Shown here: positions 1-8,457 of the stretch, one piece after another | Position numbering within the stretch: position 1 is the stretch's first letter | Layout: each line of letters opens with the position of its first letter | DNA from: an uncultured Candidatus Saccharibacteria bacterium | GTDB taxonomy: Bacteria; Patescibacteriota; Minisyncoccia; Phycocordibacterales; UBA2100 | Reading direction: 5' to 3' | DNA length: 64,000 nt | Assembly: GCA_964350885.1 (NCBI GenBank) | Contig: CAYGKV010000003.1 | Location: 15,444-79,443 of the forward strand | Position numbers and translations under genes: made by a program | Notes under the pieces: model-generated | Told to the model about the DNA's origin: nothing | The model's database searches: none | Seen by the model: only the letters and a program-made list of their open reading frames with translations

Positions 1-264
1 GGGGCTGCTGCCTACATAGCACTTGCTGCTATTGGTCCCATTACATTCGCGTCGACGACCTTTTCGGTGTTGACGCGCGGATTTATCGGAGGAGCGTGTG
101 GCATCGGAGCCGCGGCGTTCATCTACTGGCTGCTCGGCAACAGAGAGTTTGCGGAAAACGCAACCGCAATCCATGATCGTTTGTGGCGCGATCGAATAGC
201 GATGTCACCGAAGGTTGCCGTTGTTGCGTCGACCGAAGAGAGTAATCCTGCGAACCCTCAATAA
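1..264 (+). CDS. C-terminal fragment of a hydrophobic (membrane) protein, 5'-truncated by the window edge
   Basis: The open frame runs from base 1 to the stop at 262-264 and is hydrophobic (GAAYIALAAIGPITFA...GIGAAAFIYWLLG); no start codon is needed because it continues upstream. Confidence 0.3.
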   Translation, partial: GAAAYIALAAIGPITFASTTFSVLTRGFIGGACGIGAAAFIYWLLGNREFAENATAIHDRLWRDRIAMSPKVAVVASTEESNPANPQ

Positions 265-271
265 AAATACT

Positions 272-2053
272 ATGGCATCTCACATACGGAATTTCAGCAT
301 CATTGCCCATATTGATCACGGTAAGTCGACGCTTGCGGATCGGATGCTTGAGCTTACGGGTACGATTGAATCCCGTCGCATGCAGGATCAGGTCTTGGAT
401 CGTATGGATTTGGAGCGCGAGCGCGGGATCACCATCAAGATGGCACCCGTTCGGATGAATTGGAAGAAGGGTGGAGAAGAATACGTCTTGAATCTCATCG
501 ATACCCCCGGGCACGTAGATTTTTCGTACGAAGTTTCGCGCGCGCTCACGGCTGTCGAGGGTGTCATTTTGCTTGTTGACGCTACACAGGGCGTGGAGGC
601 ACAGACACTCTCGGTCCTCGGTGTCGCACGGCAATTGAATCGCGTGATCATCCCCATTGTGTCAAAGATTGACGCTCCCAATGCGCGTGTTGAGGACATC
701 AAGAGCGAGCTCGCACTTCTCTTAAAAGTCGATGAATCCACTATTCTTGGGGTTTCTGGCAAAACTGGCGAAGGCGTGGAGGCGCTTCTTGATCGTGTCG
801 TCGAGCTTGTCCCACCACCACAGCATACGGACAAACCGCAGGGACTCATTTTTGATTTCGGATATTCGGATCATCGAGGCATCATTGTGTATTTGCGGGT
901 ATTCGGCGGCTCATTTGCGAAAGGGGATACATTGCGTTTCGTCGCGGCTGATGCGGATTTTACCGCTCTCGAAGTCGGCACACTCTCACCAGAAGAGGTC
1001 CCTCGGCCGGAGCTTCTCGAGGGGGAGATCGGCTATATCGTGACCGGTATCAAAAAGCCTGGAATCGCATCGGTGGGCGATACCGTGACGAGCGTGAAGC
1101 GTCCCGCTCCGGCCCTCGCGGGCTACATGGCACCAACTCCTGTGATCTGGGCGAGCGTGTATCCCGAAAGTCAGGACGACCTCCCGGTCTTGCGGCAATC
1201 GCTCGAAAAGCTGCGCCTCTCGGATTCCTCGCTCTCGTATGAAGAAGAATCGTCAGGAATCATGGGTCGTGGTTTCCGATGCGGTTTCTTGGGGATGTTG
1301 CACCTCGAAATTATAATCGAGCGCTTACGGCGTGAATTCAATCTGGCCCTCGTCGTTACTCAGCCTACCACCGTGTACGAGATCACGAAGATGAACGGTA
1401 CGATCGAGGAAATATATTCACCCGCGAAATTTCCAGATGACGGAACCGCGAAGCTCGTGCGTGAGATATGGGCTGACGTAACGCTCATGACACCGACTGC
1501 GTATATGGGTGGGATTTCGCAGCTCCTCTACGATCACGAAGCCAAGGTGGGCAATACCGAGACAATGCCTGATGGCAAGATAGAGCTCAAGGCGGAGATG
1601 CCGCTCCGGGAGCTTATGCGTGGATTTTTCGACAAACTCAAAAGCGTGTCCTCGGGCTTTGCTTCGCTCTCGTATGAATTGAAAGGAATGCGCCCAGCCG
1701 ATGTAGTGCGACTCGACATTCTTGTCGCCGAAGAGGCCGTGCCGGCATTTGCCCGTATTGTTTCAAAACGTCGCGTACAACATGAAGCCGAGCAATTGGT
1801 GGAAAAGCTAGAGGATCTTTTGCCGCGACAAATGTTTGACCTCAAAATCCAAGCGGTCACTCAGGGCAGGATCATAGCCTCACGCAGGAAATCCGCCATG
1901 CGCAAGGACGTGACAGGCTACTTGTACGGCGGCGACATCACGCGCAAAATGAAATTGCTCGAGAAACAAAAGAAGGGGAAGAAAAAGATGCTCGCCCGCG
2001 GCAAGATCGACATTCCGCACGAAGTGTTTCTGAAAGTCGTCCGAGACAATTGA
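272..2053 (+). CDS. lepA: Elongation factor 4 (LepA), translational GTPase
   Basis: N-terminus MASHIRNFSIIAHIDHGKSTLADR with the G1 motif, DTPGHVDF G3 motif, and a conserved LepA C-terminal domain; 593 aa from the internal ATG at 272. Confidence 0.9.
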   Translation: MASHIRNFSIIAHIDHGKSTLADRMLELTGTIESRRMQDQVLDRMDLERERGITIKMAPVRMNWKKGGEEYVLNLIDTPGHVDFSYEVSRALTAVEGVILLVDATQGVEAQTLSVLGVARQLNRVIIPIVSKIDAPNARVEDIKSELALLLKVDESTILGVSGKTGEGVEALLDRVVELVPPPQHTDKPQGLIFDFGYSDHRGIIVYLRVFGGSFAKGDTLRFVAADADFTALEVGTLSPEEVPRPELLEGEIGYIVTGIKKPGIASVGDTVTSVKRPAPALAGYMAPTPVIWASVYPESQDDLPVLRQSLEKLRLSDSSLSYEEESSGIMGRGFRCGFLGMLHLEIIIERLRREFNLALVVTQPTTVYEITKMNGTIEEIYSPAKFPDDGTAKLVREIWADVTLMTPTAYMGGISQLLYDHEAKVGNTETMPDGKIELKAEMPLRELMRGFFDKLKSVSSGFASLSYELKGMRPADVVRLDILVAEEAVPAFARIVSKRRVQHEAEQLVEKLEDLLPRQMFDLKIQAVTQGRIIASRRKSAMRKDVTGYLYGGDITRKMKLLEKQKKGKKKMLARGKIDIPHEVFLKVVRDN

Positions 2054-2077
2054 TGCGGATTCGCCTCGCCTTTGTCT

Positions 2078-2206
2078 CTACGAAGCGAAGATGTTTACGA
2101 CACCGGGAGCGAAGAAGACAACCATGCCGAGTATTATGATGACGGCGGCGATACTCCAAATGACGCGGAGGGCTTTTTTGGTGCGTTTGTCAAAAAGAAA
2201 GCTCAT
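2078..2206 (-). CDS. Putative 42-aa small membrane protein (not in the ORF track because it is under 60 aa)
   Basis: Minus-strand ORF MSFLFDKRTKKALRVIWSIAAVIIILGMVVFFAPGVVNIFAS: basic N-terminus followed by a single hydrophobic helix. It sits in the lepA-ftsB gap opposite a low-complexity acidic plus-strand ORF. Confidence 0.3.
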   Translation of the reverse strand: MSFLFDKRTKKALRVIWSIAAVIIILGMVVFFAPGVVNIFAS

Positions 2207-2234
2207 CCCATAAATATAATGCTAGGATTGAAAT

Positions 2235-2606
2235 ATGGCAATACGGCAACGGAATAGCGCCGTCCGACTCTTCGGGAGAAGACTCCTTATTCTCGGGCTC
2301 TTTGTTTTGATTCTTGCGATTGCGTGGGGAGACTGGGGTGCATATAAAAAAGAGCGTGAGTCGAGGCTTTTGCGAGCAGAAGCAGAACGGCAGTTACATG
2401 ACATCGCGCAACGACAGACACAGCTATCTAATGACATCCAGAGTCTCCAGACGAGCCGGGGGATGGAGGAGGTGTTGCGCGAGCAATATGCACTCGGTGC
2501 CCCGGGGGAGGACCTTATCGTGATCGTCGAGCAGCCGTCCGTGGAATCAGCTCCCGCGACGACGACGATGTTTGAGACACTTAAAAAAGCGTTCTTCTGG
2601 TGGTAA
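2235..2606 (+). CDS. Septum formation initiator-like (FtsB/DivIC family) membrane protein
   Basis: N-terminal TM helix (LLILGLFVLILAIAW) followed by a coiled-coil (LRAEAERQLHDIAQRQTQLSNDIQSLQ) and the conserved ...EEVLREQYALGAPGEDLIVI tail. Confidence 0.5.
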   Translation: MAIRQRNSAVRLFGRRLLILGLFVLILAIAWGDWGAYKKERESRLLRAEAERQLHDIAQRQTQLSNDIQSLQTSRGMEEVLREQYALGAPGEDLIVIVEQPSVESAPATTTMFETLKKAFFWW

Positions 2607-2617
2607 AGTAGCCAGGC

Positions 2618-2688
2618 GCGGGCGTAGTTCAGTGGTAGAATGAATGCTTCCCAAGCATTAGATGCGGGTTCGATTCCCGCCGCCCGCA
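2618..2688 (+). tRNA. tRNA-Gly (anticodon CCC)
   Basis: Cloverleaf folded by hand: acceptor GCGGGCG/CGCCCGC, D-stem GTTC.., anticodon stem AATGC/GCATT with loop TTCCCAA (U33, CCC, A37), T-arm GCGGG-TTCGATT-CCCGC. Confidence 0.85.
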
Positions 2689-2841
2689 CTGAGTGAACGT
2701 AGTGAATGAAAGCGAGTGGAGCAGAGTGCCTGCGCACTCTGCGTCGGGAATCGAAAAGCGGAGCGATGTCGAGCCAGCAGGCGAGGCCGCGAGCTAGGGT
2801 CGTGCGTCGGCGCAAGTGACGACGAGCGCCGCCCGCCTGAC

Positions 2842-2860
2842 CGATTCCCGCCGCCCGCAC
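2842..2860 (+). repeat. 19-bp exact direct repeat of the tRNA-Gly 3' end (cgattcccgccgcccgcac); putative att-site scar
   Basis: Bases 2671-2689, which cover the tRNA T-loop and acceptor 3' strand, are repeated exactly at 2842-2860. The motif cgccgcccgc also recurs at 2826-2835. Confidence 0.6.
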
Positions 2861-2919
2861 ACTGTGGATAAGTACCTATGATATACTAATCGTCCTTTAT
2901 ACATTTCATAAACAGATTT

Positions 2920-3162
2920 ATGGCAACGAAAGAACCAGTTACTATTTATTCAACTCCGACATGCCACTTCTGCCACATGGCAAAAGATTTTTTCACCGCA
3001 AATAAAATTGCGTTTACTGATTACAATGTCGGTACTGATCTAGCGAAGCGCAAAGAGATGATCGAGAAAAGCGGGCAAATGGGCGTGCCGGTCATTACCA
3101 TCGGTGACAAGCTCATCGTTGGCTTCGACGAGTCGCAACTGCGCGAGCTTCTCGCTGTATAG
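2920..3162 (+). CDS. Glutaredoxin-like protein (NrdH/YruB-type thioredoxin fold)
   Basis: 80 aa with a CHFC active site near the N-terminus (VTIYSTPTCHFCHMAKDFF), a GVPVITIGDKLIVGFD motif and a glutaredoxin-like C-terminus. Confidence 0.7.
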   Translation: MATKEPVTIYSTPTCHFCHMAKDFFTANKIAFTDYNVGTDLAKRKEMIEKSGQMGVPVITIGDKLIVGFDESQLRELLAV

Positions 3163-3270
3163 CTCGTTATTTCGATGGTGTGCTAGAGTTTTGGCACGTC
3201 CTCGTAAGCGAAGCTTACGAGGTCGTCGCTCAGGAAATATGAAAGCGGACTTTCATCTTCTCCCTCGCTA

Positions 3271-3342
3271 GCCCTCGTAGCACAATGGATAGTGCAGACC
3301 CGTCCTAAGGGTACGATTTCGGTCCGATTCCGGACGAGGGCA
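3271..3342 (+). tRNA. tRNA-Arg (anticodon CCT)
   Basis: Acceptor GCCCTCG/CGAGGGC, D-stem GCAC/GTGC, anticodon loop GTCCTAA (U33, CCT, A37), T-arm TTCGG-TCCGATT-CCGGA, discriminator A. Confidence 0.8.
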
Positions 3343-3350
3343 TCTGCTTT

Positions 3351-4085
3351 TTGTCGAGATATAATATATTCATGGAATATCTGGTCGGCACGCTCATGGC
3401 GGGTTTCATCTGGCTTGCTTGTTTTCTGTGGCGAAAAGACCTCCGGCATCAAATGCTTTGGGCGGGCACTCTGTACACTGTAATAATGACGGTCGGTTTT
3501 TTCGCGAGCAAACTGCTGCGTGATGTGCCGGAATATCAAACGATTAATCCGGGGTACTGGTCACCCGAGACGCTCTTTAATCTAAATGCCATAACCGGCG
3601 GTTTTAGCATTGAGGACGTCCTCTTCATGATTTTCTTCGGCGGTATCGCGGGTGTTATGTATGAGTTAGTCGCCAAAACATCGCCCCCGAATGTTCCGGT
3701 TAAACAAGGTATAAAGCTCGCAATACCACTTGCGATTGTCGCTGCAGCTCTCATTTCTCGGACCGGTGTGAATTTGATGTACTCAATAATCATTTTCGGA
3801 TTTGCTGGAGCGTTCGTGATTTGGCTCCAGCGAGTTGATCTCGTATGGCGGTCTTTGGTCGGCGGATTCTCATTTCTCATTGTGTACGTCAGCGTTGGCC
3901 TACTCTTACTTTCTCTGTTTCCGCACTTTATCGAATTTAACTATCATCTTGAAAACGTAAGCGGGATCCTCTTGGTCGGTATTCCGCTCGAAGAATATCT
4001 GTTTGCTTTCGGTTTCGGGAGTATGTGGTCTGTGATTTATCCGTACACTAGCAGTGTAGGCTACAGAATAGATGTTAGAATTTAG
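3351..4085 (+). CDS. Polytopic membrane protein with two lycopene-cyclase-domain-like repeats (fused CrtYcd-like)
   Basis: About 7 predicted TM helices. Two repeats each carry the (I/L)E(D/E)xxF signature of heterodimeric lycopene cyclase domains (GGFSIEDVLFMIFFGG and GIPLEEYLFAFGFG). Confidence 0.4.
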   Translation: MSRYNIFMEYLVGTLMAGFIWLACFLWRKDLRHQMLWAGTLYTVIMTVGFFASKLLRDVPEYQTINPGYWSPETLFNLNAITGGFSIEDVLFMIFFGGIAGVMYELVAKTSPPNVPVKQGIKLAIPLAIVAAALISRTGVNLMYSIIIFGFAGAFVIWLQRVDLVWRSLVGGFSFLIVYVSVGLLLLSLFPHFIEFNYHLENVSGILLVGIPLEEYLFAFGFGSMWSVIYPYTSSVGYRIDVRI

Positions 4086-4087
4086 TT

Positions 4088-4405
4088 ATGGATCCATATC
4101 AAGGACAGCAAGCAGAAATATATAAGCTCGTGCGTGAGAACAACAAAATGCTCCACGCGATGCGACGCAACGCGTTTTGGGGTGGGCTTTTCAAAGTTGT
4201 TATCTACGGGTTCTTTTTGCTTGCTCCGCTGTGGTTCTACTACCAGTATCTATCGCCGGTCGTCAATGAAGCTCTAAAGACGGTAAATCAAATTCAAGGC
4301 ACGGGCGCGAAGGCGCAAGAGCAGCTCGGCGGTTTCCAAGAACTTTTGAAGCAATTGGAGGCAAAAATCCCGTCCTTTATGCGCCCGGGAGCTTCTGCAG
4401 AATAG
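4088..4405 (+). CDS. Hypothetical small membrane protein
   Basis: 105 aa with one or two TM helices (GGLFKVVIYGFFLLAPLWFYY) and a coiled-coil tail; 3 bp downstream of the previous gene. Confidence 0.4.
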   Translation: MDPYQGQQAEIYKLVRENNKMLHAMRRNAFWGGLFKVVIYGFFLLAPLWFYYQYLSPVVNEALKTVNQIQGTGAKAQEQLGGFQELLKQLEAKIPSFMRPGASAE

Positions 4406-4443
4406 TCGAAGAGATAAGTGTGTCGTGATATAGTAATCGCGCC

Positions 4444-4516
4444 GCCTGGGTAGCTCAGTTAGTAGAGCATTCCCCTGAAGAGGGAAGGGTCATCAGTGCA
4501 AATCTGATCCCAGGCA
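4444..4516 (+). tRNA. tRNA-Phe (anticodon GAA)
   Basis: Acceptor GCCTGGG/CCCAGGC, D-arm GCTC-AGTTAGTA-GAGC, anticodon stem TTCCC/GGGAA with loop CTGAAGA (GAA), T-arm ATCAG-TGCAAAT-CTGAT, discriminator A; 73 nt. Confidence 0.8.
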
Positions 4517-4533
4517 CAAATTAAAAAAATGGC

Positions 4534-4562
4534 CGGCCCGGACCTCAATCAGGGCCGGGCCG
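4534..4562 (-). terminator. Rho-independent terminator for the minus-strand gene ending at 4576
   Basis: 8-bp GC stem (ccggcccg/cgggccgg) with a 13-nt loop, followed on the minus strand by a T-run (rc of aaattaaaaaaat). Confidence 0.5.
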
Positions 4563-4575
4563 CAGGGCTAGGCTG

Positions 4576-5103
4576 CTATACATGGTGAGAATAGTTTCGC
4601 AGTGCCTTGACCATGTACCATAAGGAAATCCAAAGTAGTACATAGCCGAAGACAACAAACAACGTGACCTCAAACGCATGGCCGGCAAGTATGACAACCA
4701 CGCCGGTCATTTGTACGATTGTCTTCTTCTTCGCATCGCCGTTTGTGTCGACGTTGAGGAAGAGGGCACGAACGACGAGATAACCTCCGATCAGGAGAAT
4801 CAGCGGGAGGTTGTAGAAGGTATATCCCTCCACTCGCACAATTGCGTAGATGATCGCAATTGCAAATCCCCAATCGGTGTACTGGTCGTAACGGGCCCCA
4901 AACTTGGTAGGGCCGCGTAGCCTGGCGAGATAGCCGTCCGCCGCATCGCTGATTGCTCCAATTAGTGCAAGAACGAAGACGATTTTGCTGTCGTCAGCAT
5001 ATGCGAATATCCCCGCTACACAGAAAACGCGAACGGTTGTGAAGAGATTCGCCCACGTAAAGACCTCTCCACGCCAGGTGGGAGGCTTTTGGGTGTTTGT
5101 CAT
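4576..5103 (-). CDS. CDP-alcohol phosphatidyltransferase family protein (PgsA-like)
   Basis: Signature DGx2ARx8Gx3Dx3D present as DAADGYLARLRGPTKFGARYDQYTDW; multi-TM. Confidence 0.75.
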   Translation of the reverse strand: MTNTQKPPTWRGEVFTWANLFTTVRVFCVAGIFAYADDSKIVFVLALIGAISDAADGYLARLRGPTKFGARYDQYTDWGFAIAIIYAIVRVEGYTFYNLPLILLIGGYLVVRALFLNVDTNGDAKKKTIVQMTGVVVILAGHAFEVTLFVVFGYVLLWISLWYMVKALRNYSHHV

Positions 5104-5184
5104 GATGCCTCCGTTTGGTTGGTTTTTGCAGGATCATTCCCGCCAGCACTTAGCCTAGCGGGCACTCAGACGATGGTCAAGTTT

Positions 5185-5760
5185 CTACAATCCAAGCGTG
5201 TACGTCATCGCGCCGCCGCTTTCCGCGAGCCACTTTGATGTATCGAGCTTCACTTCACGAGATTTTCCCAACTCTTTGTATTTAATCGAATTGTTTTTGA
5301 GCGCGTAGTCGAAGATGTTTTTTGTTATTTCCACATCTTTGAGACAGTACGCGCGGACTTTCTCTATTTCACCGGCTCGCCACCATTGGAGAGATTGTGC
5401 TCCGCTTGCGCTCTTATTTTCTCCGAGTGTCGCTTCAGCGATCGAGTCGAGCTTGAGTCGGCGCCCGAGCGAAGTATGCACCTCTTTCATAATGTCGAGG
5501 CTCTTGATGCGGGTGAGATCGCCCGGGTAGTATTTATTCAAGAGCGGAATGTCGAAATGATCAGAATTGTAGCCGACAAGAATATCGGTGCGCTCGAGAA
5601 TATTCCACAACCGGTGGAGTTCATGTTCGAGATAGCTGGAATATATATTTGTCTCCGAATCGTGAATACCTACAAGAGCGATGGTGAGGTCAGCAGGGTT
5701 TGACGAGCCGATATCGCTCATCCAATTAGCGGTCTCGATATCAAAAACGACGGTTCTCAT
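5185..5760 (-). CDS. RNase H-like 3'-5' exonuclease superfamily protein (PolB-exonuclease-related, COG3298-like)
   Basis: VVFDIETANW with the catalytic DxE, followed by LVGYNSDHFDIPLL (an Exo II-like motif); 191 aa. Confidence 0.5.
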   Translation of the reverse strand: MRTVVFDIETANWMSDIGSSNPADLTIALVGIHDSETNIYSSYLEHELHRLWNILERTDILVGYNSDHFDIPLLNKYYPGDLTRIKSLDIMKEVHTSLGRRLKLDSIAEATLGENKSASGAQSLQWWRAGEIEKVRAYCLKDVEITKNIFDYALKNNSIKYKELGKSREVKLDTSKWLAESGGAMTYTLGL

Positions 5761-5786
5761 ATGGTGCGGTGAGCGCGCGCTCTATA

Positions 5787-7049
5787 TTACCCGAGAGAAG
5801 AAAACAAGTGCTCGGCGATGCGGTCGGCGGGAAGAGTGATCTCGTGGCCGCTTGAGAGATTTTTGATCGTGTAGCGACCCGAATCCCGCTCTTTTGCCCC
5901 GACAGCGATCATAAAGGGGATCTTCATTTTGTCGGCTTGTCGAATCTGATCTCCGACTCGTTTTCCAGAAAAGTTGACGGCGACGGTCACGTCTTCACGC
6001 CGCAGACTCTGTGCGAGCTGTATCGCGTGCGATGTTGCATCTCCCTCTACGACGCAGATCATGAGTTCGGTCGAGGGAGAGTACGCGGGCATGAGGTTGT
6101 GGGTCTCTAGGAAGTCGCGCGCGGTCACATCTCCCATGGCGAAGCCAACGGCAGGAATAGGGTCACCTCCGAAGAGGGAGAGAAGACTGTCGTATCGGCC
6201 ACCTCCGAAGAGTGATCGGCGATTTTTCTCGTCGGTATCGTATACCTCAAAGACCATGCCGGTATAGTAATCGAAGCCACGCGTGATTTTTGTGTCCACC
6301 ACCATGTTGCGCACCCCCATGTGCTCGAGCGTCGTGCGCAATTCCTCGAGGTATGCGGTGGAAGTCGTGAGATCCAATTGCTCGATAATTCTTGACGCCA
6401 TATTAGAACTTCCGACTGAGCGTTCGAGCTGCTTTTCAAAATCCTCAATCTTTGCGCGGCGATCCAAAAGTCGTGTCGTTTCCGCACGGGAAGCGGAGGG
6501 AACGCCGACCGTATCGTAAATCGCGTCGAGGATGCGCCGGTCCGATACTCGTATCTCAAAATTGCGCTCGTCGGCACCGAGACTACGCAAGATGCCGTGC
6601 GCAACGGCGATTACCTCGGCATCTGCTTCCACGCCGGGTATGCCCACGATGTCGGCGTTTAGTTGCCAGTGCTCGCGGAGTCGCCCGTGTTGGGGGCGTT
6701 CGTACCGAAAGACGTTTGGAATCGAGTACCAACGGGCAGGTAGGGGAATTTCTCGTTGTTTGGCCGCGATCATACGCGCAAACGTTGGCGTCATCTCCGG
6801 GCGCAGCGTTACTTCGCGATTACCGCGGTCGGTGAAAGTGTACGTCTGTTCATTCACAATCTCCTCAGACGTCTTGCTCCGGTAAAGCTCTGCCGGCTCC
6901 AAGAGCGATGCGTTGTACTCTTCGTAGCCGAATAGCTCGCAAATTCGCTCCATGTGTTCAAATATATATCGCTGGACGAATTGATCTTCGGGATAAAAAT
7001 CGCGGACCCCCTTGTAGCTCTCGGTAGAAAGCGCATCGCGTTTTGTCAT
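5787..7049 (-). CDS. hisS: Histidine--tRNA ligase
   Basis: Class II aaRS motifs: GVRDFYPED, TFTDRGNREVTLRPEMTPTFARM, the HisRS-specific RWYSIPNVFRYERPQHGRLREHWQ, and a C-terminal anticodon-binding domain. Confidence 0.9.
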   Translation of the reverse strand: MTKRDALSTESYKGVRDFYPEDQFVQRYIFEHMERICELFGYEEYNASLLEPAELYRSKTSEEIVNEQTYTFTDRGNREVTLRPEMTPTFARMIAAKQREIPLPARWYSIPNVFRYERPQHGRLREHWQLNADIVGIPGVEADAEVIAVAHGILRSLGADERNFEIRVSDRRILDAIYDTVGVPSASRAETTRLLDRRAKIEDFEKQLERSVGSSNMASRIIEQLDLTTSTAYLEELRTTLEHMGVRNMVVDTKITRGFDYYTGMVFEVYDTDEKNRRSLFGGGRYDSLLSLFGGDPIPAVGFAMGDVTARDFLETHNLMPAYSPSTELMICVVEGDATSHAIQLAQSLRREDVTVAVNFSGKRVGDQIRQADKMKIPFMIAVGAKERDSGRYTIKNLSSGHEITLPADRIAEHLFSSLG

Positions 7050-7072
7050 AGTGAGTATTATACTCGGCAGAC

Positions 7073-7492
7073 ATGAAAACGGTAGGAGCAGATGTAGAAA
7101 TCAGGCGTTCGAGCCAAGAGACGGGGGACGGGCTTTTCGCGGCAACCGACCTAGAGAAGGGAGATTTCATTGCCGAATACACAGGCGCAAAGATCTCGAC
7201 CGAGCTCGCGGACGCTTCAAAATCTCGGTATCTATTCGAAATCGATAGCGAGTGGACGATAGACGGGGAGGCGAGCTCGAATATCGCGCGCTACATCAAC
7301 CATGCATGCGAGCCGAATGCGGAAGCAGAAATTCACGACGACCATATTCTCATCTCCACCACCCGCGACATCAAAGCGGGAGAGGAAATCACCATTGACT
7401 ACGGAGAGGAATATTTTACCGAATTCATCCGGCCCATGGGGTGCAAGTGCGCGCGGTGTACACGAGATACTGGATTGATCAGAGCGAGCTGA
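7073..7492 (+). CDS. SET-domain protein (putative lysine methyltransferase)
   Basis: NHACEPNAEAE...GEEITIDYGEEYF core followed by a post-SET cysteine cluster CKCARC; 139 aa. Confidence 0.7.
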   Translation: MKTVGADVEIRRSSQETGDGLFAATDLEKGDFIAEYTGAKISTELADASKSRYLFEIDSEWTIDGEASSNIARYINHACEPNAEAEIHDDHILISTTRDIKAGEEITIDYGEEYFTEFIRPMGCKCARCTRDTGLIRAS

Positions 7493-8018
7493 TGATCGTA
7501 TGGACGTATGAGCCGAGTCCGTAGGCAATCGCAGCTGCAACGCCGCCCACGGCAAGCATCTCAAGACCGGCGATAAAAGCATTTTTCTTGATGACGAGTG
7601 AGCGAGCGGATCCGACGAGGAAGAGCGTCACGGCCGTGGCGATTGAGGATACGAGGAAGGTGTGTTCGTCGAAACTCTGTACGAAGAAGGGGATGAGTGG
7701 CAGTGCGCCAATGATGACAAAGGAGATAAAGGTGACTAGCCCGTCCGTGAAGGGTTTGCGCGTTTCAGAACGCGCCGTTTCGAGCGATTGCTCTGATTGG
7801 AGTGAAAGGTATTTGGATGCACCCATCGAGAAGCCGTCCGCAATCAGGTTGGCGATGCCGAGCACGATGATGATCGTTGCGGGGAAGCCCGCTCCGGCCG
7901 CGCCCGAAATAACCGCAAAGGTCGTGATGATACCATCGTTTGCTCCGTAGACGATGTCGCCGATGTAGTAAGCGAGGAGTGTTCTTAACTTGGGTACCAT
8001 CGTGAAAGCGTACCACAC
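7479..8018 (-). CDS. VIT1/CCC1 family membrane protein (putative Fe/Mn transporter)
   Basis: Conserved VYGANDGIITTFAVISG motif and 5 TM helices. Confidence 0.65.
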   Translation of the reverse strand: MWYAFTMVPKLRTLLAYYIGDIVYGANDGIITTFAVISGAAGAGFPATIIIVLGIANLIADGFSMGASKYLSLQSEQSLETARSETRKPFTDGLVTFISFVIIGALPLIPFFVQSFDEHTFLVSSIATAVTLFLVGSARSLVIKKNAFIAGLEMLAVGGVAAAIAYGLGSYVHTIISSL

Positions 8019-8073
8019 GTGACCCCCCCACCCTATGTCTTGCGCGTTTTGGCGCGTGTTCTATACTGCACGC

Positions 8074-8454
8074 ATGAAAAAGGGAGTAATAATTTTCTGG
8101 CTCATCCTCGCCGCCCTCATCGTCGGGGGTTTCGGTGCGTCGACATTTGTACAGGCGCAGCCGGGCAAGCTCGATACATTCGCGCAGTGCTTGAAAGATA
8201 AGGGCGCCGTCTTCTACGGCGCATTTTGGTGCCCGCATTGTCAGAAGACGAAAGCGATGTTTGGTAAGTCCGCCAAGCTCTTGCCGTATGTGGAATGCTC
8301 GACTCCGGATGGTAAGAGTCAGTTACAGATCTGCAAAGATAAAGGGGTTGAAAGTTACCCTACGTGGACGTTCCCGAATGCAACTACGACGCTGACCGGA
8401 GAGCGAACGTTGCAAGATTTGTCACAAGCGAGCGGATGTCCACTCCCGCAGTGA
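8074..8454 (+). CDS. Secreted thioredoxin-fold protein (DsbA/BdbD-like oxidoreductase partner of DsbB)
   Basis: Signal/anchor MKKGVIIFWLILAALIVG, a CPHC active site (FYGAFWCPHCQKTK) and a C-terminal YPTWTF cis-Pro region. It lies immediately upstream of the dsbB-like gene. Confidence 0.55.
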   Translation: MKKGVIIFWLILAALIVGGFGASTFVQAQPGKLDTFAQCLKDKGAVFYGAFWCPHCQKTKAMFGKSAKLLPYVECSTPDGKSQLQICKDKGVESYPTWTFPNATTTLTGERTLQDLSQASGCPLPQ

Positions 8455-8457
8455 GTC

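Noticed and set aside
388-2159. Several antisense or alternate-frame ORFs inside lepA (388..849 -, 732..1043 +, 986..1198 -, 1534..1860 -, 1938..2159 -)
   Set aside because: They lie entirely within a strongly supported conserved gene. Their translations are low-complexity (Ser/Thr/Arg-rich), typical of shadow ORFs in a GC-rich coding strand.
2072-2257. 61-aa acidic plus-strand ORF (MSLRSEDVYDTGSEEDNHAEYYDDGGD...)
   Set aside because: It has extreme acidic low complexity and would read through the ftsB-like start region. The opposite-strand 42-aa TM peptide is a more protein-like alternative (kept at low confidence).
2618-2860. Intact integrated element (prophage/ICE) at tRNA-Gly
   Set aside because: There is only 150 bp between the direct repeats and no integrase or cargo genes. 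It was reported as a scar or hotspot only.
3183-3539. 118-aa minus-strand ORF overlapping tRNA-Arg and the start of the lycopene-cyclase-domain gene
   Set aside because: It overlaps a well-folded tRNA and a plus-strand gene with a consistent hydrophobic profile, and has no motif support.
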